Origin: Atractiella rhizophila
Lineage: Eukaryota
Assembly (NCBI GenBank): GCA_021432655.1
Contig: MU271237.1
Coordinates: 15,132-79,131, forward strand
Direction: 5' to 3'
Length of the DNA stretch: 64,000 nt
The notes under the pieces were generated by a model. That model made no database searches, had not been told where the DNA came from, and saw only the letters and a list, made by a program, of their open reading frames with translations. Numbering within the stretch: the first letter of the stretch is position 1; each line of letters starts with the position of its first letter. Both the position numbers and the translations under genes were made by a program. Shown here piece by piece: positions 53,881 through 64,000 of this stretch.

Positions 53881-55610
53881 TCAGTCCATCTCATCTTCTT
53901 CATCCACCTCTGTCAGTGTCGCCAAGACAGACTTGCTTGACGCTGGGAGCGGGAGAATGTCTTCCGGATGAAGTTTTTTCCAGGCGAAATATTCTCGACA
54001 CTGTCCCAACCTTCTGAGTTTCACAGATGAGTGAAAGATGATAATACAAACGTACCACGAGAGCCCAATGCATGCTGAACATCCCGGCGACAGCCGCGCG
54101 CACATGATGAACTAACATTTCGTGATCTGCGTCCCTACCATGCTGCACAAAAGCAGACAAGACGCAGTAAGCGACGAGGTATCGTCTCGAACGCTCGCTT
54201 GAGTTCTCGCGCAAGTCCACACCGTCGTTCCTATTTGAAGTTCAGTGCTTTGTACATGGTGTCGCCTTACGCACAGGGGTGTCAATTGCTCCAATGCTTC
54301 TTTGCAAACAGGCGTCGCAAGCAAAAAGTGCACCAACTGCGAGTTCCGATGTTTCCTCAGCAGGTCAAGCCAACCTTTCAATGCCTTTCTTCTGGGAAGG
54401 GATTTGGAGGCTTCACTCGAAACTGGATCGTCAACGCCGCGCACCAAAGTCAAAGGATTACGATCGCGTGACCGCTTGACACGCGCTGGTTCCAAGTTTG
54501 CTGGGAGAGAAATGTCGAGGTATGGGGAAATTGAAGGGCGTGGCCGTCCTGAAGAGGTCCACTCGGATGCTAATGATGCCAGAGCTTTTCGGTGAAGCCG
54601 TTGGACTTCAACTTTCTTTAACGGTTCCAAGCACCGTGGGAGTTTGTACAGCTTGAAGAAACGAGAAGGTAGGTCATCTGGGTTCGGTAGTTCGTCAGCC
54701 GACTTCTCACTGGTATTCAAAATGGTTCGCTTCCGACTTCGAGCTAACAGAGGTCATTGTCACAGAGGGATTGCGACTAGTGCACACGCACAAGGACGTT
54801 TTCGGGAACGTTTCCGTTTCTGCGGGAGTTTAGAGGAGTAGGTTGGAGGTTGCGGCATGTGGAACTTCGTCCGCTTGAACGAGGGTTCCTTCGTAGATCT
54901 GTAAGCCTATGTAATTGGAGAGACTGTGAACGCACCTTCCAGGCCTAACCATCAAATCAGAATCAAAATCATTCTATTGCACCTCATAGGAGAGAAACAT
55001 ACAGTATCGAACTCCAACATATAACTCGCCGCTGTGGAAGTATACAAAGTCAACTGGCTTGAAGTCCCTGACTTGCCGAATGCCGCACAAGCTAAAAGAA
55101 ATGCCCTGGAGAATATATCGTTGTGAGGTATTGGAGTTCTGAAACAGGGAATGGTGCTAGGATCGAGTACGAGTTAACTTCGACAGATGGAGTGCTATGG
55201 ACGTACGAGTTCAGGACCTTCCGCGCTTGTTTCGCATCTTTTAACTGCTTCACCATGACGAGGATGGCCCATTGAAGCTCTCCTCTCAAACTTCTAATCT
55301 CCTCATCCAAAGTAACGTCAGTGTTTGATGGATTGACGCCTTCAGCCGCCTTTTTTACCGCGAGACGCTCAGTGGATCGCAGAAGCGAGCGATATCTCGA
55401 CAAGCGCTCGTATCCTGCATTGGATGGTGGAGGCAGAGGAGACGCTGTGGCCATGGGTAGAAGACTTGCAAAATGCCGTTCTATTCGGTTTGGGTGAAGA
55501 GTGAGGAGCGTTTGGCGAATACATGGCGGCAGTTGCTGTAGAATGACATCCCCTATCTTCTTCGGCGACGTGTGTTTAATCGAACTCCCAACGGTGTTCG
55601 ACGCTGCCAT
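53881..55610 (-). CDS. Hypothetical multi-exon protein, possibly frameshifted
   Basis: ORFs 55092-55610, 54112-54720, 53900-54220. A paralog at 57284-58200 conserves QHGRDADHE and AAVAGMFSM.WAL. Confidence 0.55.
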
Positions 55611-56260
55611 GGGTAGTGATGCCTGTGATGGCTGACGGGTGGCAACAAACCACTGGCGGTCATGTTGTTAACCCTAAACTTGAACGGTAATTGAATGATT
55701 TAAACTTTGGCTTCCGTTGTGTTTGCGCAGCAGGTGCTGCACCGAAATGACTTGGTGTTACGATTTGTATCTGATTCGACGCTTCAGTCACAGATACCTG
55801 ATCTTTTGCTACTTTCGTGCCATTTCTGTGATCAATTGCTGCAAGAATCTCTTGCGAAATTTCTCTCCCAGTCCGCCACTCACAAAGCTCGTATATTGAA
55901 GAGATAAATGTGATGGGTGAATTACCTTGACGTGGATGTGGGATCTACGTTCGGTTGAACTGGAAGTTGATTTCTCCCAAATTTTGTTTGCAGAGTGTAT
56001 AACATATCCAAACCAGAATAGCACCGTCCACGTTTGGTCGGTCTGCTCATTCATTCAGTCATATGCAAACTGGGAACGTCATGCTGCAGTGACCTTGGTG
56101 CCAGTCACAAAATCTCCGACGATGTTTGCGTTCGTTACGTGAATGTAAAGACAAATGTACTGATAAACTTTTTTTTAACTCCCTCCCTTGTTGCGACTAT
56201 AAAGGAGCAGTGCGTCTCTTTCCTCGTTCCTTTCCAAGAAAGACTGTGGCGACATCTAGC

Positions 56261-56833
56261 ATGGCTTACCATCAAGAATATAGGAGGTATGCCATGCTTC
56301 GCTTCCAAAAACGAGCATTAATGTTGCTTCAGCTCATACCAAGGATCTAATCAGGGATCCAACCGTGGATCCTATCCAGGGTCTTATCAAGGTTCCTATC
56401 TGTCGGGCCAGGGATCTAACCGGACGAGCCTTTCTGGTTTGTCCAGCCCAGGTCGATCTTCTATAGCGTCGAATTCGGATTATTCGGCTCGATCGTCCTC
56501 GCATGCTAGAGCGTAAGTAATCTTTCTCATTTCTCTGTTATCAATTTGACCACAAATAGTTCGGCGTCCGGCTCCTCCTTCACCCCATCCAACTCTTACC
56601 ATTCTTCGAACCAGTATGCCATCTCTTTTTCCTGGCTGTGCATATGATGACTGTTTCATAGAAGTGGAGGGGGAGGAGCTCAGAGTGTGAGTCGCCACAC
56701 ATACCCTCCACCGATGGCTCCAACTCAGGGCGGTGCCGATGATGGGCAGGTAAGCATACTTTCACTCATCGTGGCGTGCAGTCGTTTACTCAGGTAGCAT
56801 GGCGGTGGCTCCTGCTGTTGTATCGTGATGTAA
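56261..56833 (+). CDS. Small S/G/Y/Q-rich protein (127 aa) with C-terminal CCCIVM prenylation/palmitoylation motif
   Basis: Exons 56261-56286, 56333-56512, 56560-56613, 56662-56749, 56798-56833; 46-48 nt GT-AG introns; 384-nt open frame. TATAAA at ~56198. Confidence 0.7.
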
Positions 56834-56934
56834 GGATTATTGTCGAGCGCGAGCTTGTCGCATCTGTTCTCGATTCATTCTAAATGAAAGGAAATGGGAG
56901 GTGTAGTTCAGTTTCGTGACCAAATTGTGCTCCT

Positions 56935-57188
56935 TTTGTATCAATATCAGTGCTTTGTATCAACATCAGTGTTTTGTGTCAACGTCAGTGTTTTGTGTCA
57001 ACAACAGTGTTTTGTGTCAACATCAGTGTTTGTATCAACCCCAGTATTTTGTATCAACATCCGTGTGTTTCTTTTGTATCAACATCAGTACTTTGTATCA
57101 ACATCAGTGTTTTGTATCAACATTCGTGTGCTTCTTTTGTATCAACATCAGTGTGTGTTCTGTTGTACCAACATACCAACATCAGTGC
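56935..57188. repeat. Minisatellite, ~19-bp unit TTTGTATCAACATCAGTGT, about a dozen degenerate copies
   Basis: Directly visible tandem array with no unique spacers. Confidence 0.9.
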
Positions 57189-57283
57189 CTTAGTTTCATG
57201 ATGTATGCAATCATTACATGGAAGATGGAAGAAGTAAATGAATTTTGGGACACATGGTATCGAAGACCCTGACTCCTACACTC

Positions 57284-58200
57284 CTACAAGTGAAATGAAA
57301 ACTTCCTGATCGCTGCGGATATATCTTGAAGCTGACTCCACTCAGTTTCTTTGTCTCCCTCTACTAGTGTTGTTAGAATAGACCTGTTCTCTTCCGGGGG
57401 CTTGGTACCGGGTTGAAGCGCCTTCCATCTGTAGTATTCCCGACACTGTCTCAACATTTGAGCTTGACAGCAACCCACTAACGAGAAAAACAAACGCACC
57501 AAGAGAGCCCAACGCATGCTGAACATCCCGGCAACTGCAGCGCGTGCACGCCTGACCAATAATTCGTGATCCGCATCCCTTCCATGCTGCATGAAAGTAG
57601 TCAGGACGCAGTAAGAAATGACGTGCGTGCGAGAACGCTGGTCGCAAGCAAAATCGCAATTGCCTGTCGCGATGTTCTTCAACTGGTCATCCCATTGCTT
57701 CGGGACGTCTTCTGTGAAGCGGTTCAGAGACACTACTGGAGATTGATACGTTGACAGTCTGTACCGAAGTGAAAGTATTACGACTGCGTGGCCGGGAGAT
57801 ATGTGATGGTTCAAACTTGACAGGCAGAGCAACATCGAGGTAAGGGGAAGTGGAAGGATGTTGCCAACCTGAAGAGGTCCATGCGGACGCTACTGATGCC
57901 AGGGCTTTCCATTAAGCCGTTGGAGTTCAACCTTCATTAATGGTCCCAAATGCCGTGGAATTGGTGTGGTTTGACCAAACGAGGAGGTAGATCATCTGGG
58001 TTCAGTAGAGCGTCTCAGCTCCATTTCCACGGTTGCTGGAACCACTTCTTCTCGGTGTTGAGCTAACAGAGGTCAGAAATGGTGGAATTTTATCAGGAAT
58101 GGCGCACAGCGTTGTTTTCGAGCAATTTTGCGTTTCTGCCGCAAATTGTAAGAGGTAGAGGTTAATGCTCTGGCGAGGGAAGTTTTGTCCGTTTTATGAG
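57284..58200 (-). pseudogene. Degenerate paralog of the 53881-55610 gene, interrupted by the copia element
   Basis: NPDDLP, KALAS.AS.WTSSG, QHGRDADHE conserved but with frame breaks. Homology ends near the LTR. Confidence 0.65.
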
Positions 58201-58222
58201 ACAGGAATCGGCGAGACATTAG

Positions 58223-58525
58223 TGAGAATTTGGCTAATCGAGGGAGCTAAATTCCCCAGCCACGTACAAAACGATACGAGTAAGATAAACGGAAAGTGGT
58301 TTTTCATTACAATAGATATGCGTACCTAAATTCCCCAGCCACGTACAGATAAACGGAAAGTGGTTGGGGAAAAGGAAACGAATAAGAAAGGAAGAAAAGC
58401 TTTAATAGTGCTGCAGAGCGGAGGAGTGAAAAGATAAATCCGCAATAAACAAAACATGCATAAGTTAGTGTGGTGTGTTCCAGTCTGTCGTGTCTGCTTC
58501 CCGATTCACATTTCCATCTCCAACA
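58223..58525 (-). repeat. 3' LTR (~303 bp, TG...CA)
   Basis: Begins TGTTG right after the PPT. Ends TTCTCA, the same hexamer that precedes the PBS at 63995-64000. Confidence 0.8.
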
Positions 58526-58537
58526 CTCCCCCTCACT
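58526..58537 (-). promoter_or_regulatory. Polypurine tract
   Basis: AGTGAGGGGGAG immediately before TGTTG. Confidence 0.85.
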
Positions 58538-61500
58538 CGAACGCTCTGTCAGCTCCCCAGTCCCATATCGTGGCAGAAAAGTGTATGTCGTTTGGCGGCC
58601 AAACCCTTCGTGAGTACATCTGCCACCTGCAGATGAGTGGGAACCCATTCTAGTGCGACCGCTCCATCTTCGACTTTCTCCCTGGTAAAGTGGTAGTGTA
58701 CCTCAATGTGTTTCGTCCTCCCATGAGCCGCTGGATGAGAGGCAAGAGTGAGCGCGCCACGGTTATCCCCTCGTATTATGGTGGGTGAGGTGGGCGGGAA
58801 TCCTAGGTCAGAGTATAGGCGACGTAACCAGACTGCCTCCCTTGTGGCGAGCGATAATGCAACGTATTCAGCCTCCGTGGAGGAGATCGCGGCAGCCAAC
58901 TGGCGCTTCGATATCCAGGGGATTGCGGCGCCAGCACTTCGAAAGAGTACTCCTGACACAGAACGGCGTGTGTGCGGATCAGCAGCATGATCTGCGTCCA
59001 CAAAAGTGTCTGGAAACGGGTTCGGATACCGATAGCCATTGTAGACAAGGGCATAGTCGAGGGTCCCAGCGAGGTATCTGAAAATCCGCTTAACCGCGAT
59101 CAAGTGTTGCTCCCCCGGATCCTCGCAATAACGTGCCACTTCGGAGACGGCAAAGGCGATGTCTGGGCGGGTGCATGTGGTGAGGTAGATCAACGCTCCT
59201 ACAGCCTCGCGGTATGGGACTGATGCCATGTAAGTCCTTTCCTCAGCCGTTCGCGGTGACAAATCCGCTGACAACCTCCTGCTCACGTCGCAAGGCATAG
59301 ATACCGGGGAACCTTGGTTCCGACGTATTTTTCGATCAGGCGTCTCGCGTACCCTGCCTGGTGCATCCCTACGCATCCCCTCAGTTCGTCACCTTCTATC
59401 TGTATCCCGAGAAACACCTTCGCCTCTCCCGTCTGGAGTTTGAAGTAGGACGCCAACTGCGCAAAAATGTCCACTACAAGATCCTCGCTCGTAGACACCA
59501 CCAGTCCATCGTCGACGTGGAGACAAAGGATGAGGAAGTCGGCATCCTTGCGAAGGACGTATACGCCGTGGTCTGCTTCCGTTCGCTTAAAACCCAATCC
59601 CATGAACACCTCCTGTATTTTCTTCCACCATTGTCTTCCAGCCTGACAAAGACCATACAGAGCCTTCCTCAGTCGATATACCTCGTTCGGTCTGTCCTTG
59701 TCGACAAAACCCTGTGGCTGTCATATGTACACTTCTTCCTTGAGTCCGCCGTTAAGGAACGCATTAGAGACATCGAATTGGTAGCGGTACATGTGCAGCT
59801 GAGCAGAGAGGGCCACAACCGCGCGCACAGAAGCGGATCTGCAGGTAGGTGCCCAAACTTCATTGTAATCCACCCCTTCTTTCTGCTGATCTCCCCGAAC
59901 AACCAGGCGCGCTTTGTACTTGATGACGTTCCCCTCCGGATCCCTCTTGATCAACAGTACCCACTTCACTCCAAGCGGTCTCCTTCCAGAAGGCAAAGGT
60001 ACCGTTCCGCCAGTCCAGGTTCCAGTCGCTTCGAGGGCTGCTATCTCCGCGATCATTGCTGCAATCCAATGGACACGATCGGGTCCATTGATGGCAGCGT
60101 TGAAGGTGGGTTCGTCCATATTACCCGTCCAATACACCTCCCCTTCTTCCTCTCCATCCGCGACATTCGATTCGGTTGTGTTGATGAAAGTATCCGGTCT
60201 CTCCTCCAGTTCCTGTCTGAGAGCATCGATGCATGTTCGCATGTCCACCGGCCCCCCGTCTTCGAGCGACTTCACCCAGTAAACCCCTCGTTCGTGTAGG
60301 CGTTTATAATCCCATTCTCGTTTCTGCCTGCGTAACTGACGGTATGGTGAAAAGTGAATCTGTCGTTCCCTTTCGTCCTGTTCGCGACGTATTGATCCCT
60401 CGATCTGCTGAACTCGTTGGCGGACCGTGACGTCCTCCTCCTCCGTCCTCCTCCTCACGTCCTCCTCTGGGGCCATAGCGGGTTCTGTATCCCTCGTAGG
60501 CATTTGTGGATTTGGTAAGTGTCTCATCGCTAGGGTTGGTGATGGTGGTGCTGATTGTTCTGCAGGGATAATCGGTTCTTGTCGCTTCGTTGGCTCAGGG
60601 ACCCGTTTCCCTCCAAACTCCCCCTCCACATCACCATCTCTTGACGATCCTGCTCCACCGCCGCCGTAGATGAGGGGAAAGAAGTCTTCAGGCTGGGCAG
60701 CACGGATCAGGTCTGTTTCTTCGTCCGTCCTACCAGTGTAGAACTGATCTTCAAAGAATGTAGCCGATCTTGATTCCACTATGCGTCTCTTTTCTGGGTG
60801 CCAGAATCGCCAACCATACCCATCCTCCACGTACCCTACAAAGTACATCCGCGTCGCCCTTGGTAACAGTTTCGAGACCCTCTGCTCAGGCATGGTTGTG
60901 ACTGCAGCCAAGCATCCAAATACTCGTAAGTGTTCGACGTCTGGTTTCTTCCCATGAAATGCTTCATACGGTGATTGACTTCCTTTATTGGCTTTGGTCG
61001 GCATTATATTCTTCATCCTTACGGCCACCTTGAGAGCCTCGTACCAAAGAAAAAGTGGGAGACCAGACTCAAGCAGTATGCAACGAACGATGTTGAACAG
61101 GGTGTACCATTGACGTTCCCAAAGACCAGCCTGATCGTGTGAATATGCCATTGTCTTCATCGAAGAAACGTTGTGTTGTTTGCACCATTCTTCAACTGCC
61201 CGTGAGGTAAATTCCAATGCATGGTCGTGTCGAATCGTACGCAGATCTACCCCTTTCTCTCGCTTCACCGCCATCCTGATTTCCTCCAATCTGGACAATG
61301 CCTCCGACTTGAGCTTCATCCCTCCTACAACCATGTATCGAGTAGCCTCACATGTCACGCCAAAGACATATCGAAAACCTTGGAGACTCTGCACGCTAGC
61401 AGGTCCCCAGGTGTCGAACCCCAAAGTCCTCCCTGGAACGTCATCTCTCACTGGTGCAGGCGCACGGCTTCGAACGTATCGAGCTTTCCCCCGGGCACAT

Positions 61501-63980
61501 ACGATGCACTGATTCACCCGATTCTCATTGCATTTTCGTAACAAATTCGAAGATAAGAGACCATTTTTCAACGCAAGCTTCAAGCGCTCATTACTTGGGT
61601 GACCTAGCCGTTGGTGCCACGTACGAATCGGCACTGCGATGAGAGTGGAGGGATGAGAATCGATCGAGGACAAAGGTGGAGAGGACAGGGTGGGGGATGG
61701 AGGGATGAAACTCGCCTGAAGGGTAACCAATCCACGCTCGAAGACAGCCTCGCCAAACATCCTTCCATCCCTCCCATGGAAATACATCTTGCGGGTGTCG
61801 TTAGTAACCGTCACGCCCTGTTGCATCAAGATGGTCGGTGCGAGCAAATTCACCCCAAGGCTCGGAGCGTAGTAGACGTTGGTGAACGTTCCAGTGGTCC
61901 TTCTCCCACCTGACAGCGTAAACACTGCAACGAGATTTCCTACCCCTATCGCTCTCCCCATGCTCCCAAAAGCCCCCTTGATGACAATAGGTCGCTCCAA
62001 CTCTCTATATCCGTGCAGGAGTTCTCTGTCCACCGTGAGATGAAAAGACGCTCCCGTGTCGACGTAGAAAGGAGAGTCCGCCGCAACTGATTCTCCAATG
62101 AACATTGCAGTCACAACGTCTGCTTGGTCCGTGAGGGAGGGAGGATTTGAGTCGGAATCCGTGTCCTGAGCTCCATCCGTGGTGGGAGGATCGTGAGCGT
62201 TACCTGCGTCTTCTCCTTGCTCGAGAGCTTCGAATTCGTTATTCATTTGCTCGTCCCCTGGGGAGGATAGGAGGCCGGGATTGAGCAGGGCCAAATCGAT
62301 GAGTGAAGCCAAAGTCCTCCTAAAGGCTCGTTGATGCTCATAGTTCGCTTCCCAGTCGCCTAGTCGTAGTAGAGTCAACTTGAAATGAAGGTCGTCCTCG
62401 TATGCATCCACCTTCTGCAACTGCAGGGTCGCTCCATCCCCTTCCATGAGTCGCTCCTTCACATGCACCAGAGTGCGGATCAGCAACGCTCTCTCCGTCC
62501 CTTCCACCACAGAGATCGACTCCCTCCTTAGTGCCTCCTCTTCCTCAGACCTACCACCCTCCATCGTCACCATGTAGGCTCCAGAGTCCACAGTTTCGAG
62601 CTCGTCATCGTAATAGTTACTCGTGGCGAATAAGGCTTGAGGTTGTACATTCGAGATGACAGCAGAAGCATCCGAGGTGTCGTGGTCTGAGATTCTTGAG
62701 ACCAAAGCCCGTCCATCTCGTTGAGGTAGGTTGATTTCGTAGATCTTGAAGACTCTGTTGAGGGATTTTGCCTGTTCCTCATGAGGGTGGGGACATGCTT
62801 TTCCAAAGTGGCCGTCTTGTCCACAGTTGAAACATTGTCGGTTCCCCACTCTGAATTTTCCCACTCCAGTCACTCCGTGTGGCCATTTCTCCCAGTTTGG
62901 CACTTCTCGAGCATTTGGGGCTAGGACATTGAGCATGGAAAGGGAGCCGCTGCCATATTGTGAATTCGTCCTCCGGGTGCTTTGATTCGCCCTTTGGGAT
63001 GAGGTCGATTCAGGAATGGACATGCGGTTTACAAGAGGTACGTTCGTGGCCTTGGAGTACGAATCACTCATCCTTGGAACCAACGCGACGTTTCCCCTCG
63101 AACTCCCCCTTTCCTCCTCTCTGGTCCTCAGAGCCACCTCTTCCATCGTCAGCCTCTGCACTACTGCCGCAAGATCAGTCTGCGTCGTTCCCGTGGAGGA
63201 CAGCCATCTTCTGGTTTCATCGGTTAGACCATTGATGAGGATAAGGGCGAAGAATTGATCATTTATCTTCACAGCGTCTTGGACTTCGTGAAACTGCCTT
63301 CTTCGTTCGTGGAGCTTCGCGATCCATTGTGACAACGGCAATTCATTTGGATTGTGGGCGAAGTTGAGGAGTTGCTTGAGCAGGTATGCGACGTCGATAA
63401 ATTCTTGTGAACCGTACTTCTCTTTCAGAATCTTCACCGCCTCTACAGGATCTTCCAGCTCCTCGATGAAAACTCTCGCTGTCTCCCCTGCCGCTTATTT
63501 GAGTATCGACATGGCGATCGCTCTCATCTTCTGGAAATTCGTGAGGGCCTTGATGTACTTCTCCATGTCTTCCGCCGTCGTCTCTTTAGTCACATATCCC
63601 TCTCCCTTCGCGCTCGCTGCTTGAATTTCGGTTAAAGTGAGTCCGTCTGCTGATTGCGGATTGACAGGCTCCGTGATGATTCCTTCAAGAAGAAGTCCGA
63701 CTGAGTTCTGCTGAAGGGTGTTTTTGATCCCTCGAAACCATTTCGTCGCGTTCGCCGGGCTGAGAACTGGTATCTCGTCTTTATTGATGGAAATTTTGTT
63801 TCCAATCAACAATTCAGAGCTGAGTTTCGTGGAGGATGAAACGGTGTATGGGACGCTGAAATTCGTAGGTTGAACAAGATCGTCGGTAGGAGTTTCTTGT
63901 CTAGAGACAGCTCGTCTGCCCGTCGTAGGCCCCGTTGCATCCATGTCGGTCGTGGATTCGTCTTGGATCGTATAACGAGC

Positions 63981-63992
63981 CTCTCGCTACCA
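63981..63992 (-). promoter_or_regulatory. Primer-binding site (probably initiator tRNA-Met)
   Basis: TGGTAGCGAGAG, 2 nt after the LTR end, complementary to a tRNA ending ...CGCTACCA. Confidence 0.75.
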
Positions 63993-64000
63993 AGTGAGAA

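Larger units (their letters stand above)
58223..64000 (-). mobile_element. Ty1/copia LTR retrotransposon, decayed; 5' LTR runs off the window
   Basis: Order gag (CFNCGQDGHFGKAC), protease (VDTGAS), GAG-pre-integrase (WHQRLGH), integrase, RT (YKARLV, LHVDD), RNase H (DADHA, SSTEAEY, KHIEVHYH). In-frame stops at 63495 and 59721; frameshift ~59300. Confidence 0.95.

Noticed and set aside
56261..56833. G-protein gamma subunit or small GTPase
   Set aside because: Only the lipidation tail is similar; no GGL helix or P-loop is present.
56935..57188. CRISPR-like array
   Set aside because: Contiguous degenerate units with no unique spacers, eukaryotic context, no cas genes.
59361..60299. 312-aa plus-strand ORF
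   Set aside because: Antisense shadow of the copia RT region.

Overview
Intron-rich fungal DNA, most likely from a basidiomycete (45-60 nt introns, FunK1 kinase, typical gene set), with one 25-N scaffold gap. Housekeeping genes: TOM40, SPT8, a formin, a USP48-like deubiquitinase, an SDR, a WrbA/Pst2-type quinone reductase, a DHA1 MFS transporter and a PHO80-type cyclin. These sit among many local duplications, pseudogenes, a non-autonomous TIR element and a decayed Ty1/copia element. The standout, visible only as end fragments in the ORF track, is a 9-exon gene at 42794-44309 (-). It encodes a secreted ~357-aa precursor with 9 copies of the peptide QENPIPNDSDF(P/A)TKVVNGEIVPF, mostly separated by KKEKR Kex2-type sites. 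Six of the copies are each encoded by their own 84-nt exon, and an MFS exporter gene lies next door. Also found: a hidden 5-exon low-complexity protein ending in CCCIVM (CaaX) with a paralogous tail; near-identical formin fragments pasted into two other sites; and a minisatellite present in only one of two duplicates. All gene models and family calls were made by eye and need confirmation.
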